64,000 bases of DNA from Dictyostelium discoideum (Eukaryota): assembly GCA_000004695.1 (NCBI GenBank), contig CM000155.2, positions 1 to 64,000 on the forward strand, in the 5' to 3' direction. Of this stretch, positions 35,064-48,963 are shown piece by piece (position 1 is the first letter of the stretch; every line of letters begins with the position of its first letter). A program made the translations under genes and the position numbers. The notes beneath the pieces are model-generated. The model had not been told where the DNA came from. It made no database searches and was given only the letters and a program-made list of their open reading frames with translations.

Positions 35064-36752
35064 TTATATATTAACATTAATTTCTTCATAATCTTCATGA
35101 TTAAACTCTTCCTCATCTTCTTCGTCCTCACTACCATGATAAATAACACTAACACTTTCTTCATCATATGATGCCTCTCTTTCAGAGCTTTGAAGTGGTG
35201 ATTTTTGTTGACCTATACTAATGGTACTTCTATTTACGTTATTAGTTGGTTTAATATTTAAACTACTTCCAGTTTTGGTAGTAGTTGAGGTATTGGGTTG
35301 TGTTGTAGTTGGAGTTGTTGGAGTAGTTTTCGATATATTATCACCAATTTTTTTATTTGGAGATGGTGTTGTTGGTTTTGGTGGAGGATTTTTATTATTA
35401 TTTTGTTGTTGTTGTTGTTGTTGTTGTTGAAGGAAAGGAGAGCTTACTTTACCAACCTTAGTAGTAGTATTATTATTATTATTATTATTATTAATAGGAG
35501 AGGGAGCTATAGTTCCATTGCTAACATTATTTGCAGGTGGATATCTATTTAAAACACTTTTATTACCAGGCACTCTTCTTGTTGAACCAGCAGCACCACC
35601 AGCACCGCTACTATGAGAAGGTGGTGGTGGTTGTGGATTTTTGTTACGCATGATGGAAGCGGTTTTTGTATTTGAATTTAAGATGACAACAGAACCCTTT
35701 AAAGATTCAGCGTTTCTAACATTTGTTAAAGCTTGAGAGGCTCTAGTTGGTACACTTGAGACCATTTTACTACCACTACTATTTCTTTGTTGTTCTTGTT
35801 CTTCGAGTTGTCTAATTTTTTCAGCACGCTTCTCTTTGAGTAGAGGTATTGATTCATTGACTAATTTTTGTAGAATTTGTTGAGAGGAACCTTTGAGAAT
35901 AAAAGGATGACTTAACAATTGTTGAGCAGAAGGACGAAGTGCAGGATTCATTGAGAGACATTGCTTAACAAAGTCATTAAACTCTGGTGACCAATCAGAG
36001 GGTATCTTAAGGGAAGGTGGTGGTTGATGAGGTATGGTAAAGATTACACGTGAAGGTGGTACATCGAATCTTGGTGGTACCAATTCGGCGATTTCAATTG
36101 CGGTGATACCCAATGACCAAATGTCAGCCTTTTGATCATAACCTTGACCCATAATGATCTCTGGTGCCATCCAATAGGGTGAACCAATAACAGTGTTCAT
36201 TTTTTGACCTTGTTCAGCGATCGTTGATACACCGAAATCGGCTAATTTAGGTAAACCTTCTTCGTCCAATAAAACGTTACCAGCTTTGATATCACGATGA
36301 GTGGTACGTTTTGAATGAAGATAAACCAATCCCTTTACAACACCTGCACAAACTGCTGCAATCTCTTCCTCTATCAATCTTTTACCACATAACTCTATAA
36401 TATCCAATAATGAACCACCCTTACAATATTCCATAACAATTAAAAGCATAGATGACTTTAAATAACAACCTTTATACTCTACAATGTATGGACAATCCAT
36501 TGATTCCTTCAAAATGTCAATCTCTTTCACTAAATTCAAATTGGTCTCTACATCATCTGCATTAACCTCTACAAATTTACATGCTATCAATCTATTGCCA
36601 TTGGATTCTCTATCCTTCTTTTTCATCCATCTACATGCACAAACTGTACCAAATGATCCTGATCCAACTACTTCTACAATTTGAAATATTGCTTCTGGAT
36701 CATCCTTTGATATTCTTGAAATAAATAAATTTTCAACCGAATCTGAATTCAT
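35064..36752 (-). CDS. STE20-family serine/threonine protein kinase (MST/Hippo-like catalytic domain plus S/T/N/Q-rich tail), single exon, 562 aa
   Basis: GSGSFGTV..ACKFV, HRDIKAGNVLLDEEGLPKLADFGVS, GSPYWMAPEII (STE20 hallmark), DIWSLGITAIE. Confidence 0.85.
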   Translation of the reverse strand: MNSDSVENLFISRISKDDPEAIFQIVEVVGSGSFGTVCACRWMKKKDRESNGNRLIACKFVEVNADDVETNLNLVKEIDILKESMDCPYIVEYKGCYLKSSMLLIVMEYCKGGSLLDIIELCGKRLIEEEIAAVCAGVVKGLVYLHSKRTTHRDIKAGNVLLDEEGLPKLADFGVSTIAEQGQKMNTVIGSPYWMAPEIIMGQGYDQKADIWSLGITAIEIAELVPPRFDVPPSRVIFTIPHQPPPSLKIPSDWSPEFNDFVKQCLSMNPALRPSAQQLLSHPFILKGSSQQILQKLVNESIPLLKEKRAEKIRQLEEQEQQRNSSGSKMVSSVPTRASQALTNVRNAESLKGSVVILNSNTKTASIMRNKNPQPPPPSHSSGAGGAAGSTRRVPGNKSVLNRYPPANNVSNGTIAPSPINNNNNNNNTTTKVGKVSSPFLQQQQQQQQQNNNKNPPPKPTTPSPNKKIGDNISKTTPTTPTTTQPNTSTTTKTGSSLNIKPTNNVNRSTISIGQQKSPLQSSEREASYDEESVSVIYHGSEDEEDEEEFNHEDYEEINVNI

Positions 36753-37047
36753 TTTTTTTTTTTTTTTTTTCTTTAAAAAAATTTTTTTTTTTTTTTTTTT
36801 TCCAAGTTTTATTTATCTCTTTGTTTTATTATCTCTTTATTTTATTATATTTTTATTTTATCTTTATTTTATTATATATTTATTTTATTATCTCTTTGTT
36901 TTATTTTTTTTTTTTTCCTTTATTGTTATTAAAAAAAAAAAAAAAAAAAAATTTCTTTTTTTTTTGTTTTTTTAATTTAATTAATTATTTGCTTCTATTG
37001 AATTACTATTACAATTATTATTAACACTATTGTTACAAGGAATTTTT

Positions 37048-37087
<40 letters not shown>

Positions 37088-37316
37088 CCTTTTTTATTAT
37101 TATTTTATATGTGGATTGAATTTTAAAAGATTTTTAAAATTTTTTTTTTTTTTTTATAATTTTAAAAAAAAAAAAAAATAATAATAATAATCAAAATTTT
37201 AAATAGGTTTATTGTACAAAATAGAATGATATAGTAATATATGTTACAGGTATAAAGCAATAAGTAAAGCCAAAAAAAAAAAAAAAAAAAAAATCAGTTT
37301 AAACTTGAAAAAAAAT

Positions 37317-37352
<36 letters not shown>

Positions 37353-37381
37353 TTTTATTTTTTTTTTTTGCCCACTCCTAA

Positions 37382-37414
<33 letters not shown>

Positions 37415-37773
37415 TTTTTATCACACTCATACAATATTGTACATTAAAAATAAAAAAAAATAAAATAAAATATATACATAAAAAAAATAATAAAAATCTT
37501 AAGAAGGGATAGATATTATTAATAAATAAGATAAATTCAATTTGTAATATAATATAAATAAAGAATATAATCAATCAAAATCAATCAATCAAAAAAAAAA
37601 ATAAATAAATAAAAAATAAAATAAAAAGTAAAAATAAAAAAAATAAATAGATACAATTAAATTAATATATATAATAAAAGTAATAAAAAAACTAAATTAA
37701 AAAAAAATAAAATAAAAATAAAATAAAATAAAATAAAATAAAATAAAATAAAAAAAAAATAAAAAAAAAGAAA

Positions 37774-38385
37774 ATGTCTGAAGAACAATTTACAGGATCA
37801 TCAGATACAAAAAAGAATAATGTCGTTGTTAAGGTTGGTATGGTAGGAGATTCACAAATCGGTAAGACATCATTGATGGTAAAATATGTTGAAGGTACAT
37901 TTGATGAAGATTATATTCAAACATTGGGTGTTAATTTTATGGAGAAAACAATTTCAATTCGTGGTACAGAGATCACATTCTCAATTTGGGATTTGGGTGG
38001 CCAAAGAGAGTTTGTAAACATGTTACCATTGGTTTGTAATGACGCCGTTGCCATTTTGTTTATGTTTGATTTATCTAGAAAGTCCACTTTAAACTCTGTC
38101 AAAGAATGGTATAGACAAGCAAGAGGTTTCAATAAAACTGCCATTCCATTCCTCATTGGTACCAAGTTCGATGTCTTTGCCACTAAACCAATCGAAGAAC
38201 AAGAGGAAATTACCAAACAAGCTCGTAAATTCGCTTCTGCCATGAAATCACCTCTCATCTTTTGTTCAACTTCTCACTCTATCAATGTTCAAAAAATTTT
38301 TAAAATTGTAATCAGTAAAGCCTTTGATTTAAATTGTACTATACCAAAAGTTGTAGGTGTCGGTGAACCACTTTTAGAATATTAA
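37774..38385 (+). CDS. spg1: Spg1/Tem1-family small GTPase (septation-initiation / mitotic-exit type), single exon, 203 aa
   Basis: KVGMVGDSQIGKTSLMVKYVEGTFDEDYIQTLGVNFMEKTISIRGTEITFSIWDLGGQREF...GTKFD. By memory this is near-identical in pattern to S. pombe Spg1. Confidence 0.8.
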   Translation: MSEEQFTGSSDTKKNNVVVKVGMVGDSQIGKTSLMVKYVEGTFDEDYIQTLGVNFMEKTISIRGTEITFSIWDLGGQREFVNMLPLVCNDAVAILFMFDLSRKSTLNSVKEWYRQARGFNKTAIPFLIGTKFDVFATKPIEEQEEITKQARKFASAMKSPLIFCSTSHSINVQKIFKIVISKAFDLNCTIPKVVGVGEPLLEY

Positions 38386-38474
38386 GAAAAAATAATAAAA
38401 TTTAAAAAAATAAAATAAATAATTATTTAAAATAAAATATAAATATACATATATTTAAAGTTTATAAATTAGAA

Positions 38475-38510
<36 letters not shown>

Positions 38511-38540
38511 AATTTTTATTTATTTTTATTTTATTTTATT

Positions 38541-39012
38541 TTATTCATCTTCTAAAATATCTCTAGCATCATAATATTCTTGAAGTAAACGATAGATATA
38601 GGATGGATTATGACCACCTATATTTGTTATGAATAAACTAACGAGATCTGGTGCAACATAATCAAAGGTTGGATTATAACTGTGAACATTTTCTAAAAAT
38701 TCTGCTTCTTCAAATTTTAAATATTCACCTGGTGAACCAAAATTATTGAATGTATCTTGATCATATGCATATAATGGACAGAGTTTATAAAGACCAGTAC
38801 AAACCACTATTGGTACAGAGTGATATTTAGCAGCTACAGCCAATGTATGTGTACCAGAGGTAGCAATTAAACCACCATTGGCCATTACTGCATGTGTACC
38901 AATAATAACTTTATTAACACGTGACATCATTGCAAATACTGCTGAATCTGTAATTAATGTTGTATCGATTGATGCTTTTGATAATGAAATTGCTGTTTTT
39001 TGACCTTCAAGT
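38541..39012 (-). CDS. eif2b2: eIF2B-beta-like subunit, exon 2 (IF-2B core)
   Basis: 3' splice site aaaag|a. LEGQKTAISLSKASIDTTLITDSAVFAMMSRVNKVIIGTHAVMANGGLIATSGTHTLAVAAKYHSVPIVVCTGLYKLCPLY. Confidence 0.65.
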
Positions 39013-39132
39013 CTTTTATTTTTTTTTTTTTTTTTTTTTTTTTTTATTTTTAGAATTAAAAATAATAGAGAATTAATAAATTTTTTTAAAATAAATGATT
39101 GATTATAGAATTTTAAAAATTTTGATACATAC

Positions 39133-39827
39133 GATGGAGCAGTTTCAACAACAATAACTTTAAAACTTCTTTTTCTAGCAGCTTCTTTTAAGAATTCTTC
39201 AACGGTTCTTGAACAACCTAAAGTCATGATGGTTTCATTTGAATGAATATGTTCAATTGCTTGTTCAGCAACATTTCTATGAAGACCTTCTAATTCATCA
39301 ATTAATTCATTGATACTATCCATGATTGCAGCTTTTAATCTTGGGAATGTTTCAGTGAAATCGATATCTTCTTGATCATCAATTGGATCGTCTTGTAACA
39401 TAACATTACTATATTTATTATTTTTATTGATATTACTACTACTATTAATATTATTATTATTATTGTTGTTGTTGTTATTACTGGTAGTAGTTTCAAAATC
39501 ATCATCATCATAATCATCATTATTTAAACCATTCTTTTTATTTCTAAAAAATGTTAAATATTCTTCTCTAATTATAAATAATACTCTTCTAACTATGTTA
39601 CCAATACAAAATTCTAATGGTTGTGCATTCATTAACTTTTTACCAATTATTTTGATTTGATCAATCAATGATTTTGCATTTCCCCATTTACCTTTATGTA
39701 CCCATTGTCTAAGTAATTCTGCAGAGGCTCTTGATACTTGATATGATCCAACAACTGTTTTTCTCTTTAAATGTAATATAAATGATTCTAATTGTTTCTC
39801 TAATTGTTTTTCCGCTTGTTTCTCCAT
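39133..39827 (-). CDS. eif2b2: eIF2B-beta-like translation initiation factor subunit (IF-2B family), exon 1
   Basis: MEKQAEKQLEKQLESFILHLKRKTVVGSYQVSRASAELLRQWV...VIVVETAPS, then tc|GTATGT. It has a Dictyostelium-style poly-N insert. Confidence 0.6.
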
Positions 39828-40028
39828 TCTTTTTTTTATCTATTAATAATAATAATAATAATATCCCAATATTTCTATTGTTATGAAAAATAAAAAAAAT
39901 AAAAAAATAAAAAATAAAAAAAAATAAAAAAAAAAAGTGACAAATTTGAAAATTTTTTTTTTTTTTTTTTTAAGTTTTCCATTAATTTTAACAAATTCAA
40001 TGAGAAAAATAAAAAAAATAACGAATCA

Positions 40029-40401
40029 ATGAAAGCAATTATACAAAGAGTTAAAAGTTCATCTGTAACAGTAGAGGGTGAAGTTATATCAGAGATTAAA
40101 CAAGGACTTATGTGTTTAATTGGTATTGGGAGAGATGATACCAAAGAGGATGCTGAGTACATCACCAGAAAGATATTAAATTTACGTCTTTGGAAAAATG
40201 AAGATGGCACAAAGAATTGGGATAGAAGTGTCCAACAAATGGACTATGAAATTTTATTCGTAAGTCAATTCACACTCTTTGCTCAATTAAAAGGAAATAA
40301 ACAATCCTATCATCTTGCTATGGCTCCAGAATTATCAAAACAATTTTATTTAGATTTTTTAGAAAATGCTAAAAAATCTTATAAACCTGAAAAAATTAAA
40401 G
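40029..40401 (+). CDS. dtd: D-aminoacyl-tRNA (D-Tyr-tRNA) deacylase, exon 1
   Basis: MKAIIQRVKSSSVTVEGEVISEIKQGLMCLIGIGRDDTKEDAEYITRKILNLRLW...ILFVSQFTLFAQLKGNKQSYHLAMAP (DTD family SQFTL motif). Exon ends g|GTATTT. Confidence 0.75.
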
Positions 40402-40576
40402 GTATTTTTATTTTTATTTTTATTTTTCATTTAATTTTTTGTTTTGGTTTTTTTATTTTCACAATTCTTTATTTTAAAAATAATTAATCTAACTTTTATA
40501 ATAAAATAAATAAATTTATTTATTCTTTTTTAAATAATTGTTAAAAAAAAAAAAAAAAAAAATATTTGTAAATTAG

Positions 40577-40659
40577 ATGGAAGATTTGGAGCAATGATGG
40601 ATGTTCAATTAATTAATGATGGTCCTGTTACTATTCAATTAGACTCTAAAGAGAAATAA
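40577..40659 (+). CDS. dtd: D-aminoacyl-tRNA deacylase, exon 2
   Basis: (D)[26 protein letters not shown] (the NDGPVT C-terminal signature). Confidence 0.7.
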
Positions 40660-41616
40660 TAATTTTTTTTTTTTAACAATTATTTTTTAAAAAAAAAAAA
40701 AAAAAAAAAAAAGCCAATTGATCAAAGATATTATCATTTTTATTAATTTTTTTTTTTTTTTTTTACATCAAAATAATTGTTTAAAAAAAAAACATTTGAT
40801 TTTTATTTTTCATTTTTTTTTTTTAAACAATTATTTATTTTAAATTTTTCAAAAAAATAATATTTAAAATAAAAAATATACCAATTCAATTTTTTTATTT
40901 TTTTTTTTATAAAATCTATTTTTTTATATAAATAAAAATATATTACATTTTGTTCCTCGAAATACAAAAAATGAATGGTAAATAATTAAATTCTAAAAAT
41001 AAAATTTTTGGTTTAAAAAAAAAAAACAAAATGGTTAAACTCATTTTCTTTTTTTTATATTTTATATCATTTGTATTTTTGAATATTTTACTTTTCTATA
41101 CTAAATTCATATCAAAAATAAATAAAATTAAACCATAACGTTAAAAAAAAATAAAATAAAATAAAATAAAAGAAAAATAAAATGAAAAATAAAAAAAAAT
41201 AAATAAAAATCAGCAAACTTTTAAAATTGGACCTGTTTACCAGGGTTGGGAATATTTTTATTTTTATTTTTAATTTTTTTAAATTTTTATTTTTTTTGCT
41301 ACTTTTTATTTTTTTATTTTTGTTTTTTTTTATTTTTATTTTTGAAAACCACCAGCATAGGTGAAGTAATGTTATACTAAAATCGTTAAAAGATAGTTCA
41401 CAATAAAAATAAAAAATTTTAAATAAAAAATTTTAAATAAAAAAAAATAAACAAAATAAAAATTAAGCAGTTTTAGTTATTTCTTTTTTTTTTATTTTTT
41501 TATTATTTATTTTTTTATTTTTTTATTTTAAATTTAATTTTCACACCAAAACACCAAAAAAAAAAAAAAAAAAAAAACAAAAAAACAAATAAATAAAGTT
41601 TTAAAAAAAAACAAGA

Positions 41617-41916
41617 ATGACATCTTTTAAAGGTGACAGACTAGTTGTAAATATAAACGATGATAATGATGATGACTCTAAATCTTCATTATTAGAGGAG
41701 TTTAAAAGTAGCAACAAGTTGGATGGATTTCATAATAAAAAGAAATCTAATTACAGAAGATGTTTAGATTTTTTTAAAAAGTTATTATTACCAGTTGGAA
41801 AGATGCCACATGAAGATAGATTAAATATGGATTGGTTACAAAAATGGAGAAAATATAATAGGTTCCCATTTAAATTATTAATACATTTAGCATTAACTGT
41901 TTGTTTAACAACAACT
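41617..41916 (+). CDS. mcln: Mucolipin (TRPML) cation channel, exon 1
   Basis: MTSFKGDRLVVNINDDNDDDSK...FKLLIHLALTVCLTTT, then GTAAGT. Confidence 0.65.
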
Positions 41917-42043
41917 GTAAGTTTTTTTTTTTTTTTTTTAATATTACAAATAGAAATAGAATAATAACAGTAATTTATTAATTTTTTTTTTCATATTTTT
42001 TTTAATTTTTATTTTTTAATTTTTAATTTTTTTTTTTTTTAAG

Positions 42044-44215
<2,172 letters not shown>

Positions 44216-44333
44216 TAATTAATATTAATAATTAAATTATAAATAAATAGTAATTAATAGTAATAAACTATTATTTTACAACAATAACCTTTATTTAATT
44301 TTTTTTATTTTATTTTTTTTTTTATTTTTTTTT

Positions 44334-44966
44334 TTATTTTTTTAATACAGATTGAATTGAAGTGAAAGATTCAGGTATTGAGATATGATGTTTATATAAT
44401 GATTTTGATTTTTTCCAAGTATCAAGTGTTCCACCACCAAGTGGTGCAGGACCAACAGCTCCTGTAAAAGCAACTAAAAAATCAGACTGTTTAGCGATAC
44501 TTGTGTTTCTATTTTTAAAGCCAAATTCTGAATTATCTAAAATTGCACCCAATTCTTTGGCTTTTATTAAATCAAGTATTGTATCTCTTCCAATTTGTTT
44601 GCTAAAGTTTGAATGATATCCATTGGTTATTACACCATTTGGATGTTCAACATCAAATCGATATTGTGTTATTTTCTCATCAACTTTATAACCAACGATT
44701 AAACATGGTAAATGGATAATAAGTTTACAAGTTGTTGGGTTTTTTAAAAAATAATCAACTGCAACATGATCACTCCATGCCGCACCCCCACTTATTAATG
44801 TTATATTGTTTAGTTCTATCTTGTGTTGTGTTTCTAAATTATTAAGATATTGCCGAAATGTATCACACAAATAATCAAAATGTTTACTATTTAATGGTCT
44901 TGATTTATCTCTACCTGTTGTCCCAATTACCCCAATTGTGGTTGACTTTGCTTCTAATGATGCCAT
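44334..44966 (-). CDS. SLOG-fold (LOG/DprA-like Rossmann) domain protein, single exon, 210 aa
   Basis: IGVIGTTGRD...ITLISGGAAWSDHVAVDYFL...FLVAFTGAVGPAPLGGGTLDTW. This resembles the DprA/LOG/YpsA SLOG superfamily glycine motifs. Noticeably less AT-rich than its neighbours. Confidence 0.5.
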   Translation of the reverse strand: MASLEAKSTTIGVIGTTGRDKSRPLNSKHFDYLCDTFRQYLNNLETQHKIELNNITLISGGAAWSDHVAVDYFLKNPTTCKLIIHLPCLIVGYKVDEKITQYRFDVEHPNGVITNGYHSNFSKQIGRDTILDLIKAKELGAILDNSEFGFKNRNTSIAKQSDFLVAFTGAVGPAPLGGGTLDTWKKSKSLYKHHISIPESFTSIQSVLKK

Positions 44967-45542
44967 TGATTTTATTGTTTACTTTTATTTTTGTTTTTTT
45001 TTTTAATAATGTTTTTATGTTTGCATTTATTTTAATAATAAAAAAATAAAAAAAATCAAGGTTTAAGAACAAAAAAATTAAGAAAAAAATAAAAAAATAA
45101 AAAAAATGGAATCAATTTAAATTGGTTTTCTCAAATAATTCTGAGGGGAAAAAAAAAAAAATAAAAATAATAACCAAAAAATTATAAATAAAAAAAACCA
45201 TTAAAAAATAACCAAAATCCCTGGTGAAATTTTATTTTTATTTATTTTTTTTTTTTTATTTTTTTTTTATTTTTTTTTTATTTTTTTTTTTATTTTTTTG
45301 CACTGTTTCAAACAATACTAAGTTTATTCACACCACCAAGATTTGTTTAGTTTTTTTTTTTCTGTTTTTTTTTTATATATCGAAATTTTTTTTTTTTTTA
45401 ATTAACAAAAATAAATAAAAAAAAATTAAACGAAACTATAAATAAAATAAATTAAAATAAAATAAAAAAAAATAAACTATAAATAAAATAAAAATAAAAA
45501 AAATAGAACAAATAAATATATTTATATATATAAAAAAAATCT

Positions 45543-47117
45543 ATGGGAGATGATATAGATGAATATTATTCAAGGAGATATGGAAATAATAATAGTTTAG
45601 TTAGTGGTGGTATTGATACAGGATTTAGTGAACACCGAACCATTGAAAATTATAACTATACTATCAATGATGATTCAATGATTAATGATGGAGCTAATAA
45701 TAATAATGATGATGATGACGACAATGATGAACGATTATTATTACCAAATCAAAGGGAAGGAGAGAATACATCATTTAAAGTTTATAAAACTCGTTGGTGG
45801 ATTTTATTTGTATTTATGTTATTATCATTGAACCAATGTAATTTTTGGATTACATTTGGTACAGTTGCACCAATGGCAAGTAGTTTCTATGATACATCGA
45901 TGTCAAGTATCAATTGGTTATGTGCTATTGGACCTTTAGTATTTGTGCCATTATCAATGGTATTCAGTTGGACCATTGGTAGATATGGTATAAGAAAGAA
46001 TGTTATTGTGGCAGGCTTTTTAGTTGCAAGTGGTGGTATTATAAGGTGTATACCTATGGGTGGTGATAAAACATTTTTCCTCATTGTTATTGGTCAAGTT
46101 TTAAATGCTGCTGCAGGACCAATCGTTATGATCTTACCAACTAAATTATCAGCAGTTTGGTTTGCACCACAAGAACGTACACTATCCACTGCGATTGCAA
46201 CACTTTCAAATTTCATTGGATCTGCAATTGGTTTCCTTTTAGCATTGGTTTGTACTGATGATAGAAATTTGAAGATATTACTCTATGGTGAGGCAGCATT
46301 TGCTGTGGTTTTATTGGCTGTAATACTCATTTATTTCCCAGAGAAACCAAAGACTCCACCATCTGCTACCTCTTTCTTTTCCGATATTCAATCGAGTAAT
46401 AAAAAGTTAATCGATTCAAGTGTAGTCTATAAAGAACAAAAGACACTCTTTGAAAGTTGGCGTGATCTATTCATTCAATCTGGTGACTTTTTAACTGAAC
46501 CAAGTGCTGCATTACTTTGTATAGCATGCTCTTTATGTTCAGGTGTATATGCTGGTTGGGGTGCTGTTTTCGTTGAAATCGTTCAAGATGATTACAATCA
46601 AACTCAAGCCAAATGGTTAGGTTTCTTTGGTATTATCGCTGGTATGGTTGGTGGCTTACTTTTAGGTGCAATTCACGATCGTGTTCATAATTTCAAAAAA
46701 TTACTTTTAGTCATTTTTGCTTTGAATACTGTAGTTTTCACTTTTTTTTCTTTATTAATCGATCATAAACTATTACCAGATTGGTATTGGTTAGGTCAAT
46801 TGTTAAATGTTGCTGGTGGTTTTCTAATCAATAGTTTCTATCCAATCATTTACGAAGCAAGTGTAGAATGCTCTTATCCCGTACCCGAATCCGTTGGAAC
46901 TGCTATCATCTCTATCTTTATCAATGTAATAACTTTTGTATCAATTATGGTTGGCTCAATTGTACCCGCTAAATACCTCAATTGGATATTGGTTGGTGCT
47001 TCTGGTATTGCCTTTTTCTTAATTTGTTTTGTAAAAGAAGAATATAAAAGAAGTAAAAATGATAATTTAGCTGGTTTTGAATCTTCAACTCCTCAAATTA
47101 TTCCTGGTACTGATTAA
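45543..47117 (+). CDS. Major facilitator superfamily transporter (FLVCR/DIRC2-like), single exon, 524 aa
   Basis: 12 predicted hydrophobic segments and an N-terminal acidic N/D tract. WWILFVFMLLSLNQCNFWITFGTVAP...GRYGIRKNVIVAGFLVASGGIIRCI. Confidence 0.7.
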   Translation: MGDDIDEYYSRRYGNNNSLVSGGIDTGFSEHRTIENYNYTINDDSMINDGANNNNDDDDDNDERLLLPNQREGENTSFKVYKTRWWILFVFMLLSLNQCNFWITFGTVAPMASSFYDTSMSSINWLCAIGPLVFVPLSMVFSWTIGRYGIRKNVIVAGFLVASGGIIRCIPMGGDKTFFLIVIGQVLNAAAGPIVMILPTKLSAVWFAPQERTLSTAIATLSNFIGSAIGFLLALVCTDDRNLKILLYGEAAFAVVLLAVILIYFPEKPKTPPSATSFFSDIQSSNKKLIDSSVVYKEQKTLFESWRDLFIQSGDFLTEPSAALLCIACSLCSGVYAGWGAVFVEIVQDDYNQTQAKWLGFFGIIAGMVGGLLLGAIHDRVHNFKKLLLVIFALNTVVFTFFSLLIDHKLLPDWYWLGQLLNVAGGFLINSFYPIIYEASVECSYPVPESVGTAIISIFINVITFVSIMVGSIVPAKYLNWILVGASGIAFFLICFVKEEYKRSKNDNLAGFESSTPQIIPGTD

Positions 47118-47119
47118 TT

Positions 47120-47162
<43 letters not shown>

Positions 47163-47266
47163 GTTAAACAATCAAAAAAAAAAAAAAATAATAATAATAA
47201 TAATCAATAATTAACAATCAAAAAAAAAAAAAAAAAAATAATAACAATAATTCAATAATTAACGAT

Positions 47267-47307
<41 letters not shown>

Positions 47308-48145
47308 AACTTAAATTAATTTAAATTAAATTAAATATTAAATAATTAAAAACAAAAGATAAACAAAAAATACAATTGATGGATTCTATTAGGATCTTTT
47401 TTTTAAAAAAAAATTTTATTATACTATTTTACACCCTGTTTTGCTCTTATTTTCTTGAAATTTTAAAAATTTGTGGGAAATGAAAATTTAATATGGTAAA
47501 TCTAATTCTGGTGGATTTTGTTAACTGTTAAAAAAAAAAAAAAAAAAAAATACAATTAAATAAATTTCCATATTCCACCATTTTTTATTAAAAATATTAA
47601 TTTGAAGACATAAAAATTATTCTTGAGTGATTTTGGGCATTGATAATGTGATGTTGGTTTTTATATAATCTAACACATCCATAGATTTATAATCTTTATA
47701 ATTCAGCCCAACAATTCAACGTTAAAGTAATCAAGTAAAACTAGTCCACATTCAAACAACACCAAATCAACACATCCTTCCCCTCATTAACTACCAACAG
47801 AAACATTACTTTCTAAAACAAAAATTAAATAAACAATAAGCAAAAGGTATATTACCTTACATTAACCAACAATTTGTTCATTTGAGCTGTAGATGATGAA
47901 AAGACAACGCAATCTAACGGTTGTGAGACATAAGTCTTGTGATGGAAAAGTCAGCATTGTACATTTGTATTAACTTTTCAAAGTTGGTGCACCATTCACA
48001 AAATAATTTGAATTGTGATATCAACTATGAATTTCTCTTCATTTTTTTTTTTTTTTCGCCAAATCAATGTCATTATTTTCATTTAATTAATTTGCTAATT
48101 AATTTGTCACAATTTTTTTTTGAATCGAACCAGCAAATGATTACA

Positions 48146-48190
<45 letters not shown>

Positions 48191-48285
48191 AAAAGAAAAA
48201 AAAAAAAAAATTTTTTTTTCATCTCAAAAGCTCATTACCATCAAAAATAAAAAAATAACTCAAATAATTCAAGTATAAAATAAAA

Positions 48286-48392
48286 ATGTCAACCAACAGA
48301 AGAATTTTAACCAAAAAAACTGAAAATATATCTAATTTTATAAATAACTATCATTCTGATGTTATAAATGAAGTTGAAGAATCCATTACCAA
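48286..48392 (+). CDS. Glutaredoxin-fold protein, exon 1
   Basis: MSTNRRILTKKTENISNFINNYHSDVINEVEESIT, then aa|GTTTGT. Confidence 0.4.
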
Positions 48393-48487
48393 GTTTGTAT
48401 TTGAAAAAAAAAAAAAAATATTATTACAAATATGTAAAAATAAATATATTGAAATTTTTTTTTTATTTTTATATTGTTAATTAACAG

Positions 48488-48545
48488 TAATAGAGTAGTT
48501 GTAGTTGGTATGGCTTATAATCCTCATGTTTCCAAAGTAAACAAG
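48488..48545 (+). CDS. Glutaredoxin-fold protein, exon 2. The position of the usual CGFS/CPYC active site reads GMAYNPHVSK, with no Cys.
   Basis: 3' splice site ttaacag|t. (N)NRVVVVGMAYNPHVSKVNK, then GTTTGT. Confidence 0.4.
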
Positions 48546-48651
48546 GTTTGTATTCTTGCTCGATATATATATTTATATTTTTTTTTTTTTTTTTTTTTTT
48601 TTCCCCCAATTAAACTATTTTCTAATACAATTTTTAAATTCATATTTTTAG

Positions 48652-48858
48652 GTTTTAGGTGAACAAGGAGTTCAATTTAAATACTTAGAATACGGATCAT
48701 ACTTTTCCATGTGGTCACAACGTTTAAGCATTAAGATGTTCACTGGTTTCCCAACATATCCTCAAGTATTTGTTGATGGTACTTTAATTGGTGGTTGTGA
48801 TGATACAATTAAAGAATTAAATGAAGGAACTTTGTTTAATGATTTAAAAAAAAAATAA
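48652..48858 (+). CDS. Glutaredoxin-fold protein, exon 3
   Basis: 3' splice site tttttag|g. VLGEQGVQFKYLEYGSYFSMWSQRLSIKMFTGFPTYPQVFVDGTLIGGCDDTIKELNEGTLFNDLKKK* (Grx C-terminal pattern TxPQxFxxGxxIGGxDD). Confidence 0.55.
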   Translation, partial: VLGEQGVQFKYLEYGSYFSMWSQRLSIKMFTGFPTYPQVFVDGTLIGGCDDTIKELNEGTLFNDLKKK

Positions 48859-48932
48859 TTAAATAATCCAAATAATGATTTTTTAAATAAAGTTGTAATT
48901 TTAAATTTTAATTTTTGTTAATCTTATTATTA

Positions 48933-48963
<31 letters not shown>

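Noticed and set aside
39010-39130. In-frame KKKKKKKK insert in the eIF2B-beta ORF
   Set aside because: It is read-through of an intron (GTATGT ... aaaag) whose length happens to be a multiple of three. It is excluded from the CDS model.
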